From positions 1 through 38,001 of IMG/VR virus record IMGVR_UViG_3300021365_000044: a DNA stretch of 38,001 bases. One strand, written 5' to 3'. The stretch's first letter is position 1, and each line of letters starts with the position of its first letter. The notes beneath the pieces are model-generated. The model did not search any database, was not told where the DNA came from, and saw nothing but the letters and a program-made list of their open reading frames with translations. Of this stretch, positions 9,558 through 19,300 are shown piece by piece. A program made the translations under genes and the position numbers. This DNA comes from a virus. Its lineage: Duplodnaviria; Caudoviricetes.

Positions 9558-10003
9558 TTTACACCGCCATACTATTATTGGCGTTGTGCCTCACGGGCTG
9601 TTCCATGCGCTCACTCATCACCCCCGCCGCAACTGTGGGCGGTGCGGCTGTCGGAGGAGTATTCGGGCCAGGCGGTGCGGCTTTGGGTGCGGGAACTGCG
9701 TATGCGGGTTCTAGGATTTACGAATTATCAGACGAAAAAAAGGAACTCGTAGAATCCATAACGCATGGAGATGTGGACAAACTTTTGAGCGCCGGCCTTG
9801 CCGAGCATAAAACAGGCTTCGAGGCATTCACATCGTACATCAAAAAGATTCTTATCGGAGCGGCAGTATTACTTGGCGGCTACCTTGCCATTCCAATTTT
9901 CGTAGCAAAAAGAACTGCCCGTCAGTGTTCCCAAACCGAAGCAATCAAACATCAGACTCGCGCACCATTTCCCGTAAAACCTCCCTCCCGTGAAAAATCT
10001 TAA
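9554..10003 (+). CDS. Lipoprotein with glycine zipper and C-terminal transmembrane helix (unimolecular-spanin-like topology)
   Basis: Signal peptide with lipobox LTGC; GGAAVGGVFGPGGAALGAG zipper; TM segment ILIGAAVLLGGYLAIPIFVA; basic tail. Confidence 0.6.
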   Translation: MIYTAILLLALCLTGCSMRSLITPAATVGGAAVGGVFGPGGAALGAGTAYAGSRIYELSDEKKELVESITHGDVDKLLSAGLAEHKTGFEAFTSYIKKILIGAAVLLGGYLAIPIFVAKRTARQCSQTEAIKHQTRAPFPVKPPSREKS

Positions 10004-10106
10004 ATTACTCGCAGATCAATTCTCAACTCTTTCAAAGAAAGCAAAGATGTTTACTGTTTTAGCCGGCCTAGTGGTTGGCATTATAATCCTCGATTGGCTT
10101 TTCTAA
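9990..10106 (+). CDS. 38-aa single-pass membrane protein (MKNLKLLADQFSTLSKKAKMFTVLAGLVVGIIILDWLF)
   Basis: Translated by hand; GTG start; TAATG overlap with the next gene. Confidence 0.6.
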   Translation: MKNLKLLADQFSTLSKKAKMFTVLAGLVVGIIILDWLF

Positions 10107-10249
10107 TGGACCGAACCGCACTAGCTGGAGCCGGTGGATCGCTTGCTAGTTTGAGCGGTTCATACCATGAAATTATCGGAATCATTGCCGGTGGGATGAC
10201 TATCATTTATATGGCGGTAAAGATTTACCAGGAGGTAAAGAAGAAGTGA
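10106..10249 (+). CDS. 47-aa holin-like membrane protein (MDRTALAGAGG...IIGIIAGGMTIIYMAVKIYQEVKKK)
   Basis: Translated by hand; hydrophobic helix and basic C-terminus; coupled on both sides (TAATG, GTGA). Confidence 0.6.
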   Translation: MDRTALAGAGGSLASLSGSYHEIIGIIAGGMTIIYMAVKIYQEVKKK

Positions 10250-12687
10250 GCCGGTATCGCAGTTACGGCAAACTAGACGACCCATTCACATCGGAAGGGG
10301 ATACTTTCTTTTTGCGGATGAATGCTCGTCTGCGGCCTAACCAGTTGAAGGCTGGTGAGGTAGCATTGTCGAAGAATGGCCGAATGAATAAGGATGGAAC
10401 TTGGCAGACTCGGAAGGGGCTTTCTACTCTGTTTGGCTCAATCACTTCGGGAGTAAATGCGATCCGATTACCCTACATCATTTTATCAGCTCAACGGCAG
10501 AGCAATGTGGTAACTTTAATTCTAAGCACTACGCCCTCGCTTTCTTTTATACCTGGAGAAAATTTCCACATCGATGACTTAGATGCATCAGTCGATGGAA
10601 CTCGTACTTTAGCCTCGGTTAATTTTACGACTAAGACTCTGACTTTTGCAAACAGCGGAGCGGATACCACTTTTACCATTAAAGGCGAGAATGTTGGAAA
10701 TACTTCTGTGGTAAGTTCGGGGACGGCCATTGGTACAACTTTAAATTTTACCCTGAACGATAACGGGGTAAACGAAGTATTCGGATCGGCAGTCTTTTCG
10801 GATGCCACATCGAATAATGATGACTATATTTTTACCGCTACCGATACCACTTGCATAATCCTTCGGTTAAAAGATTCTGCACTTTTTAAGTGTCGGTATG
10901 AAGCGGGAGGGGAGTCAGTCGATGGACCGGTTCAATTGACTCAGGGACTCGGGAAGATGTATATCTTTCGTACTCGTCAGACAACTCTCGAGGCCAGTCC
11001 CGAGGTTCAGCGAGTGGATATCTCATCGGCATCGCAAAGTGGGCAGACGATAACTGTAAATGCCACGGCACATGGCCGAGTGGCTAATGATTATGTTACT
11101 TTAACCGGTTTAGGGAATTGGATTAATAATCCGAATGATTGTTACCAAGTGGCCACTGCATCGACAAATCAGTTCACAGTTACAATGGCAACGAGCCAAA
11201 ATACAACCTTTAATGTTTCAGGCGCACAGGTAGAATTTTTCTTAGACTTCACTAAAGTCGCAAATGGAACTTATACCGCACCGCTCTACCTGACCGATAC
11301 GACAACCGTGGCACAGGATGGAGTCGTAACGATGGATATAAATTCTCACGGCCTGTCCGCTGGGGATGATTTAACCATCCAGTCAGGTACAAGCCCATTT
11401 GATCTATTTGCCGATCAAAAAGTCAGAGTTACGGGAGCGCCAACAGTCAATCAATTTACATTTAATTTAGAAGTCGCAAATGTTTCAATTGGGCAGTCTA
11501 AAACTTTAACAGTTAATAAACCCCTAGCAGTCGGAAAAGGCTACATCCACCAACCCGCCGCACCTTGGGGAATCGTTCACGAACGAAGGCTTTGGATGCC
11601 TTACTGGTACACCTCGGCTACCACTCCAGCGGACCGAGGAATAAGGGATGAAATTGTAGCATCTGATATAATGGATTTCGATACAGTGGATGTAATCGGC
11701 AATCAGTTTAGACCCTCTGCCGGGCAAAGCGATTACTTGGTCCAGCTCACTCCATTTACAAAAGATTCTCTTGTAGTATTTAATCGAAAATCAATCCATC
11801 TGATGAGTGGGATAAGCGGATCTCTTGCCGATGTTTCCACCAATGTGGTAACCACAGAAATTGGATGTTCGGCAAGGAAGTCAGTGGTCCAAGTGGCAAA
11901 TCAAATAATGTTTCTATCCGACCAAGGTATTTATTCGGTCGAGTTCCTCGATGAATATAATTTACGGGGAACAGGCACTCCAATATCGGAAACCATCCAG
12001 CCCTTTATCGACCGAATTAATCAGGATTATGTTCATTTGTCTTGTGGAGTTTACTTCGATAATCGTTACTGGCTGGCGTTACCATTAGACATTGTTCCAG
12101 GGAGCGGAGATGCAACTAAGCTTAACACTATAATCGTGTACAGCTTTCTTAATGGAGGCTTTGAAAGCATCGACACAGTTAACTCAACCGAGTTTGCAAT
12201 TCGTGAATTAATAGTCGGCAAAGAAGGCTCGCAGAATGCCCTTTATCTGACCACAGAAGAAGGTGGCATCCACAAAGTTGATGGATCAGATGGCGGGGAT
12301 GTGGTAAGTATGTCCGCCGGTCAGGCGGTTCCCGAAACCATCGATGTAGTAAGCCAATGCACCACTCGCCAATACGATGCCGATACTGCCGATAGGAAAA
12401 TGTTTTCCCGTTCCGAGCTACATATAAAAAGCTCAGATCAAGGACTTTCCGATGGTGATATCAGTTTTATAACTGAAGATCCCGACTCCACAACATCGGC
12501 CACATCGATCTCCACTCTGCTAGGTTCAACTTTACCGGCAAACGAGGATTCCTCAATCCGACTAGGAGTAAGAAAAAGAGGATTCGGAATACAGACAGAC
12601 TTTAAGCCCACAGTGGGCAGACCATTTTTACGGGCAGTTAAGATCGATGCCCGAGTAACAGACAGAAGTACGACATCCATTTCATAG
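10246..12687 (+). CDS. Tail nozzle / tail tubular protein B-like
   Basis: 813 aa, beta-rich; IGCSARKSVVQV...FLSDQGIY...PISETI motif of podovirus nozzle/stabilisation proteins. Confidence 0.75.
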   Translation: MSRYRSYGKLDDPFTSEGDTFFLRMNARLRPNQLKAGEVALSKNGRMNKDGTWQTRKGLSTLFGSITSGVNAIRLPYIILSAQRQSNVVTLILSTTPSLSFIPGENFHIDDLDASVDGTRTLASVNFTTKTLTFANSGADTTFTIKGENVGNTSVVSSGTAIGTTLNFTLNDNGVNEVFGSAVFSDATSNNDDYIFTATDTTCIILRLKDSALFKCRYEAGGESVDGPVQLTQGLGKMYIFRTRQTTLEASPEVQRVDISSASQSGQTITVNATAHGRVANDYVTLTGLGNWINNPNDCYQVATASTNQFTVTMATSQNTTFNVSGAQVEFFLDFTKVANGTYTAPLYLTDTTTVAQDGVVTMDINSHGLSAGDDLTIQSGTSPFDLFADQKVRVTGAPTVNQFTFNLEVANVSIGQSKTLTVNKPLAVGKGYIHQPAAPWGIVHERRLWMPYWYTSATTPADRGIRDEIVASDIMDFDTVDVIGNQFRPSAGQSDYLVQLTPFTKDSLVVFNRKSIHLMSGISGSLADVSTNVVTTEIGCSARKSVVQVANQIMFLSDQGIYSVEFLDEYNLRGTGTPISETIQPFIDRINQDYVHLSCGVYFDNRYWLALPLDIVPGSGDATKLNTIIVYSFLNGGFESIDTVNSTEFAIRELIVGKEGSQNALYLTTEEGGIHKVDGSDGGDVVSMSAGQAVPETIDVVSQCTTRQYDADTADRKMFSRSELHIKSSDQGLSDGDISFITEDPDSTTSATSISTLLGSTLPANEDSSIRLGVRKRGFGIQTDFKPTVGRPFLRAVKIDARVTDRSTTSIS

Positions 12688-12697
12688 GAGAAACATT

Positions 12698-13447
12698 ATG
12701 GCAGTATTATCAACAGGACAGAGTTTTAGCAGTGGTGACCAGGTCACCGCACAGAAATTAAACGACATAATCGGACAAGCGACTTTTACCTCTGCCGCCT
12801 CGACTACTGACAATTCGACACTTACTTTAGGTTCGAGTAAATTAAAAGTTAAAGATGCCGGAATCACAGCGACCCAGTTGGCCACGGATTCTGTCATCAC
12901 CGCAAAGATTCAAGATGGAGCAGTAACAGCCGCCAAGCTTGATGCCGGAGCAGTAAGTGTTCTCATGCCAACGGCATCAATTATGCCTTACGCCGGTTCA
13001 TCTGCCCCAACAGGTTATTTATTGTGTGATGGTGCGGCAATTTCACGCTCCACTTATTCGAATCTTTTTGGACTGTTGGCAACCACCTACGGATCGGGAG
13101 ATGGTTCATCGACTTTCAATATCCCCGACCTTCGAGGCCGAGTAATTGCTGGGCATGGCGGGACTTTATTAAGTGGATCAGCGGATGCAATTGGCGCTAC
13201 AAATGCCCATAGCACAAAAACGCATACCCTAAGCACCGCAGAAATGCCCGCCCATACGCATAACACTGAAGCGGGTGGAGGAAACCCAAGTCCAGGGGAG
13301 GGATCGGGTGCAAGTGCTGATGTAAATTTAACAGTTTTTTCAGCGGCAGACCCAAGATCTTCATTCTTAGCCAAATCAACAGGCGGAGACGGAGCGCACA
13401 ATAATGTCCAGCCAACCTTCATTTTAAATTACATAATCAAGACTTAA
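12698..13447 (+). CDS. Short tail fibre with phage tail collar domain
   Basis: PTGYLLCDGAAISRSTYSNLF...TFNIPDLRGR and HNNVQP...NYIIKT. Confidence 0.9.
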   Translation: MAVLSTGQSFSSGDQVTAQKLNDIIGQATFTSAASTTDNSTLTLGSSKLKVKDAGITATQLATDSVITAKIQDGAVTAAKLDAGAVSVLMPTASIMPYAGSSAPTGYLLCDGAAISRSTYSNLFGLLATTYGSGDGSSTFNIPDLRGRVIAGHGGTLLSGSADAIGATNAHSTKTHTLSTAEMPAHTHNTEAGGGNPSPGEGSGASADVNLTVFSAADPRSSFLAKSTGGDGAHNNVQPTFILNYIIKT

Positions 13448-13448
13448 T

Positions 13449-14843
13449 ATGGACTTTATAAAAAAATTAATCGGCCCATCGGAAGAGGAAATTGCAGAAG
13501 AAGCCGAGCTTCGTTTGAGTGGGGTAAGAAATGCTCAGATTATGCCCCGCCAGGTAGTAGCATCGCAAGATCCATTAAGCCCTGAATATAAAAATACTCA
13601 TGTTCAAATGTTGCGGGCGAATAACGACACTGAATTTTTCGACACGAATCCCGATCATTTTAACGAGGACATTTCACAGAACCAGGTAATAAAATATTTA
13701 GCCGAACAATCGCCAAGCGGTGAATCATTGGCCTATATTAATCCAATAGAACGAGAACTTCTCATGCTCTCCGGTGCAAAGGGTAAAATGACAAAAGATG
13801 GAATAGTTTCCTTCGCCCCCGAAGATCCGCTCAAACAGGCGGCCATGCTTCTTAATACTGCCGCACCGGAAGGTGAAGGATTAGCGTACATTAATCAACA
13901 GGAGGCACAAATGCTCAAAGATGCCGGTGGAGCGGGTGAACCGGTTAACTCCTCGGGAGTACCTTCCTTCTTCTTACAGAAACTTTTCGGGGGAGGAAAA
14001 GCACCCCCTCCCTTACCCGAATTTAATGCCGGCAAATCTGCCCGAGATTATGTTGGAGCAATGGCCGACTCGGGTCTTCAGGATCAGATGCTAGAAGTCC
14101 GCCAGCGATACGACCCACAGTATCAGGATTTACAAATGAGGCTTGCCCAACGAGCCGCCGATCCGATGGCCAGCCTAGCAGAATCTAATGCCATGCGATC
14201 ACAGGATTTTGGTGCAAGGATGGCAGAAAGACAGGCGGGGTCAGATATTTCTATGCTTGGTCGATTTGGTGCAGATTTAAACCAAGCATACCGGGCATCC
14301 GATCCGCTCATGCAAGCCCGTACAAACCAAGCTAACCAGTTAGCCGATCAGGCGTTCAATGAAGCACAAATGACTGACCTATCGCCCGAAATGAGACGGC
14401 GAGCTACTCAGTCCGCTCGTGAAGGATTAGTCTCACGGGGTAGGGGGATGGATAATGCGGGCATTGCCGCTGAGGCGATGAGCCGAGAGGATTATTTACG
14501 AGATATTATCGGACAGAATCGCCAACAGGCACAAAGCCTTGGATCGTATGCATCTAATCTAAACAGGCAAACTTCAGTCGATCCAATGGCCATGCTCAGA
14601 GGTGGACAGAATTACACAGCTCAAGGATTCGGAGAAAGGTCCGCATTATTTGGTTTACCGCAAGAATCAGTAACCCGAATTAATCCCGATGCTGGAGTAA
14701 ATATTGGTATGCAAGGTTATGCTAATAAAGCGAACTACGACTCAGCAAATTACGCCGCCCGAGAAAATGCGGCGAGCGGAATGGCACAGGGTTTATTTGG
14801 TGCGATTGGATCATTAGGCGGTGGATATCTAAGCAGAGGATAA
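13449..14843 (+). CDS. Internal virion (ejection/pilot) protein
   Basis: A/Q/G-rich helical protein ending in a Gly-rich hydrophobic segment; tandem GE.LAYIN repeat. Confidence 0.65.
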   Translation: MDFIKKLIGPSEEEIAEEAELRLSGVRNAQIMPRQVVASQDPLSPEYKNTHVQMLRANNDTEFFDTNPDHFNEDISQNQVIKYLAEQSPSGESLAYINPIERELLMLSGAKGKMTKDGIVSFAPEDPLKQAAMLLNTAAPEGEGLAYINQQEAQMLKDAGGAGEPVNSSGVPSFFLQKLFGGGKAPPPLPEFNAGKSARDYVGAMADSGLQDQMLEVRQRYDPQYQDLQMRLAQRAADPMASLAESNAMRSQDFGARMAERQAGSDISMLGRFGADLNQAYRASDPLMQARTNQANQLADQAFNEAQMTDLSPEMRRRATQSAREGLVSRGRGMDNAGIAAEAMSREDYLRDIIGQNRQQAQSLGSYASNLNRQTSVDPMAMLRGGQNYTAQGFGERSALFGLPQESVTRINPDAGVNIGMQGYANKANYDSANYAARENAASGMAQGLFGAIGSLGGGYLSRG

Positions 14844-14847
14844 AATT

Positions 14848-16332
14848 ATGGCAATTGGAGATACAGTTCAGGCGGGCTTAATGAGAATCGACACCTCGGC
14901 CTACGAAAGGGCGGGACAGGCTAATGCGAATGCTAACCAGGCATTCGGCAATGCCCTTAACCAAGTAGCCAAAGGATTTATCGAAGGGCGAGAAAAGAAA
15001 GCACGGGCAGAAGAAATGACGGGCTATCTGATGAACCAGGGAGTCTCCGAAAAAGATGCCAAAGCAATCGCCAAGAATCCATTTCTGCAAAAAGAATATC
15101 AGCGTAAAAAAGGTGCTGAACAGCAGATGAAGATCGAAGAAGGCCGAATTGCCCAAATGGCGGCCAACCGGCGAAGTGCGCAAAAGATTGCTGGAGATAA
15201 AGCCGCACAGATACAATCGGAAAAAGATTTGATTCGGGCAGAGGCAGATGAGTTGAAGGCAAATCAGATGGGCATGGCAGAAGCCCTTTCAGCTGAAACA
15301 CCCGATCCAGCAGTCTTAGAAGATTTTAACGAAGCACAGCCTGGTCTTTATGCTCTAGGCGGGGACCAAGGTGCAAGAAATCGATTTTTAGAATCTCAAA
15401 GGGATAAAGCACCCACAGTATTAGGCGGCGAACTTGACTCCTCTAATTTCCTTCGTTATGCGAGGGAACAAAATCTTGATCCTGTGCTTGCTGTTAATCG
15501 ATTTATGAGTTTGCAAAAGGCGGAGGATGAAGCTGTGCAGAATGCTCCAACTATATCAAGGGTGGGGAATGAATTAAACCCAAAAACAGGCGAGTATGAA
15601 CAAATCGCAAGAGACAAATTTGGGAATCCCATTGCCAATTACGGTCCGCCTAAACCTTCGGGAATGTATCCTACTCCTGAAGATGCACGGAGACAAGAAA
15701 TTTTAGTCGGGAGAACTAAGGATGCGATGGCATTTAATAAAGAAGCTCGAAATAATTCTAATATTGCGATTTCACAAGCTGAACAAGCTCAACAGGCATT
15801 AAAATATTTGCCTGAAACGACTGGCGGTTTAACTAGCTTTGTAAACGAGATGAAAGTAATAGGTGAATCTTTGGGGATAGATTTACCTGAAGGATATCAA
15901 AAAGATATGGCCGATATTGGGGCATTTAGGCAATTAACGGGTCAGTTTTTGTTTGAAGCTATGAGTAACACTAAGGGAGCGATTACGGAAAGAGAAATGA
16001 AATTATTCCGTCAAATTTCTCCTGACATAGATAACTCTAGAGCGGCTAATAAATTAATGCTTGAAATTTATGTTAAGGCGGGAGATCGAGCAAAACAAAG
16101 GAGAGATTTAATTAGGGATTTACAGAAGGAAGATGGAGACCCAAGACAAATTCAAATCGCTATTGAGGATTATGATGACGCAAATTCATTAATGGATGAC
16201 ATAAGGAGTTTACCTCGTAAAACAAACCAAAACTCTCAAACTCAACCAAATCGTTCAGGAGTTCGTGGGGGTAATCCTCCACCCAACTCAAATGCTCAAA
16301 CTGTAAACGGATTTAAAATACTTAAAAGATAA
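14848..16332 (+). CDS. Internal virion (ejection) protein
   Basis: Helical, KGAITEREM motif, located between the pilot-like gene and the giant gene. Confidence 0.6.
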   Translation: MAIGDTVQAGLMRIDTSAYERAGQANANANQAFGNALNQVAKGFIEGREKKARAEEMTGYLMNQGVSEKDAKAIAKNPFLQKEYQRKKGAEQQMKIEEGRIAQMAANRRSAQKIAGDKAAQIQSEKDLIRAEADELKANQMGMAEALSAETPDPAVLEDFNEAQPGLYALGGDQGARNRFLESQRDKAPTVLGGELDSSNFLRYAREQNLDPVLAVNRFMSLQKAEDEAVQNAPTISRVGNELNPKTGEYEQIARDKFGNPIANYGPPKPSGMYPTPEDARRQEILVGRTKDAMAFNKEARNNSNIAISQAEQAQQALKYLPETTGGLTSFVNEMKVIGESLGIDLPEGYQKDMADIGAFRQLTGQFLFEAMSNTKGAITEREMKLFRQISPDIDNSRAANKLMLEIYVKAGDRAKQRRDLIRDLQKEDGDPRQIQIAIEDYDDANSLMDDIRSLPRKTNQNSQTQPNRSGVRGGNPPPNSNAQTVNGFKILKR

Positions 16333-16334
16333 AT

Positions 16335-19300
16335 ATGGCTGAGTACGAAATCTCTCACCCACGCATTCCACAAATTGGAAACACTGTCCTTGAAGGGCCG
16401 GATGATTCACCTCCGCCCACAGAGCAAGACTTTTGGAATGTGGTTCACCAACAGGTCCGCCCTATAGGACTATCCCAGTTGACAGACGAGGAAAAGGTTT
16501 CTGCCTATAAAAATGGTTATTTTAATGATCCTGAACCGGTAGAAGGTCAGCCCGAACAACCTGGCATGATTGACAGTCTGCTAGACTTGGGCGGTAAGGC
16601 CGCCCTTAGAGGTTCGCAGATGATGAATGCATTAACACTAGGGAAAATCGGACACTCCGGTCCATACGATAAACTTTTAAGGCTAAACGATGAAGCGATT
16701 CCCTACGAAAAGGTAGAGAATGTTGATCAATTTCGGGAGGCGGGAAAATATCTTTTTGGTTTCCTTGATAATACTGAGTCTGACGATTTTTACGGGTCTG
16801 GGAAATCAGAATTTGATCCAGTAGCTGAAGCACTTAAACGGGTTGGAATGCCATTCTTATCAAAGAATAAGAATGCTCGTGGCCGAGTGAAAACTGCCGC
16901 AATGGATTATGCACAGGATTCAATGGTTGCCGGGATGGGGGAGGGGTACATCCGAGCCGCCAGCGGTGGAGAGTTTTTGTATAAAGGCGGGAAGTTTTTA
17001 AAAGATAAGCTCTTTTTAGATGAAGCCGATGACACCGATATCTTGGACTATGTAAATTCTGCAATTGAGTTTGATGCGTTAAATCATCGGTATGAAAATT
17101 CAGCCGAATTGGCGGCCTTTGTTTTAGAGAATCCACAGGAGTCCGTAAAAGCAATGGGTGCGGGAGTAGTAGGAGGATTGACCCCCATTGTTGAAGCTGA
17201 AGATTTAAACGAAATTCTTATCGATGAGGAGGATATAAATTTAGATTCTGACCTTCAACAGGATATCCGTTCGGGATTCGTACAGCCCGATGTTGGAGTT
17301 TCTTTTCTTTCAGAAGTAATCGGAGATCCAATGAATTTAGCTGGCGCTACAACAGCCAAAGCGGTAACCGCTCCCCAGCGAGTTGCATTGTCCGGAAAAA
17401 TTACACAAACTTTAAACGAGGTTACCAAACTCAACCAGGGCAAGGGCATGGCAATCCGTGCATTAGAGAAATTCCCCGAGGACTCTTTAATCGCCCAGCG
17501 ACAAGCAAAGTTTTTAGAGGCCGCCAACCAATCACTTGCACAGAAGCAAAAAGTGCTAGATAAATATGCTCGTAATTCAATGTTCTTACGAATGGCGGCT
17601 CAATCATCACCCGATGAATTATTAAAAGTAGCCGCTCAGAATATTGACACCGCATCCGATGCCGGAAAGGCATCCATGAATATGGTATATAATGCCATGA
17701 AACCGAGCGGAAAAATGGGCATCGCTCGCAAAGGAATTGCAATGGGTGCAAAGCTAACTCCTGAAATTGCCGGGGCAACTATCGGAGCATCTTTGGCCGG
17801 TCCCGAGGGAGCGGCACTCGGAGCTATTACCCCATCCTTGATAAAGGCGGCAAAAATAGTTTCCACGATGCCGGAAAATGTAGCAATTTCTTATATTATG
17901 AGATCAGCCGCCGAAGCGGGGGAGGAGATAACTGAACAGGCGGCAAGGAAGCAATGGAGAGGGATTACAAAATACTTATATCCTACGGGAATTTTAGGGA
18001 TCGGAATTGGTTCAACTTCGGAGGGGAGAGAGGAGGGTGGAACTAATCCTTTGTTAAAGTTTGGGGCCGCAGCATTGGGTTTAAAAGCTTTACCAAAAAT
18101 TGCCAAATTTGCCGATGCCGCAATAAGGGATAGTCGAATAATTGGTCCTGAATTAATCTATGCAAGAGGTTCAGAGGATAGCCCATTTTTTAACAGGCTG
18201 GCATTGTTGCCATCGGGAGAGGAAGGATTAATCGGAGCAAATGCGGATCGCTTTCAGGCACTTACTCGGACATCTAGTGGCGAGACTATTTTAGAGAAAG
18301 CGATTGATAAGGTCAGACCAATAGGCCGCGGGATCGCCACATCGATTAAAGATGAAGTACCGCTTTCCGAGGGGGCAAGGAATTTAATAAATAAAATACC
18401 GGGTTTCGATAGCGTACAAGGTAAAACCGGCGCACCCTTTCGACCAGGGCTTAGTGACACCAATAAAATGCTCTCCAACCCGACAAGAAAAGTTGCCCAG
18501 TTCTTGGATCGCAATCCAGCACTTGGACGGAGTATCGAAACACTCGGACGATTTGGAACTGTTGTAACTGCGGGGTCAACTTTACCCGCCGCCTTTGGCT
18601 ATGTCGGCTCAGGCGGACAAGCAGAAGGTGCAATTGCCGGAGCATTAGTATCTGCTCCATTTACATCAATCGGTGCGGGTGCTGGGATGTTTCAAGCGTA
18701 CAAAAATAAGAGCGATTTATTCCAGCAAAAGATGGGCGATGTTTATTACTATCGGGAACATCTCAATAAAAGCGAACAGGCTGACTTTGATAAGTTGCCG
18801 ATGGAAGCACGAATGGGATTAGCCGGTTACAGCTTATCGCATCCCGATATTCTTTTTAAGCCATTACCGGCGGACAAAATGGAGGGGCAAGGGAACTGGT
18901 CATTTGATGAAAATACTGGGACTTCCATTGTACGGTTTGATAAGGATACAGGGGCTGGATTAGTAGAGGGAGTTTTGGCCCATGAAGTCGGACATCACAT
19001 CGAAATTCACGGGCTTACCCCCATGGTCAATAAAATATTTTTTGGAGACCAAGTGACCGGTGAGGCGGGAATATATGGGAAGTTTAATGAAGAAGGTGAA
19101 ATCGTACCTAATCAAGCGTTTGAGGATAAACGAACTTTATATCTCAACCGACTAACTAAAGACGCTTCTATCAAACCCGAAAATTTAGATCAGTACCAAG
19201 GCAAAGAGGGAAATAAAATAATCGCAAAGGAAATTTTTGCTGAAACTGTCCGAGATTATTTATTGTCGGGGAAGAAAAATAAAGGTAACACGGCAATCGA

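Noticed and set aside
13391-13418. GGAGCGCACAA-TAATGT as another dif-like site
   Set aside because: Encodes the conserved AHNNVQP collar-fibre motif and has no XerD arm
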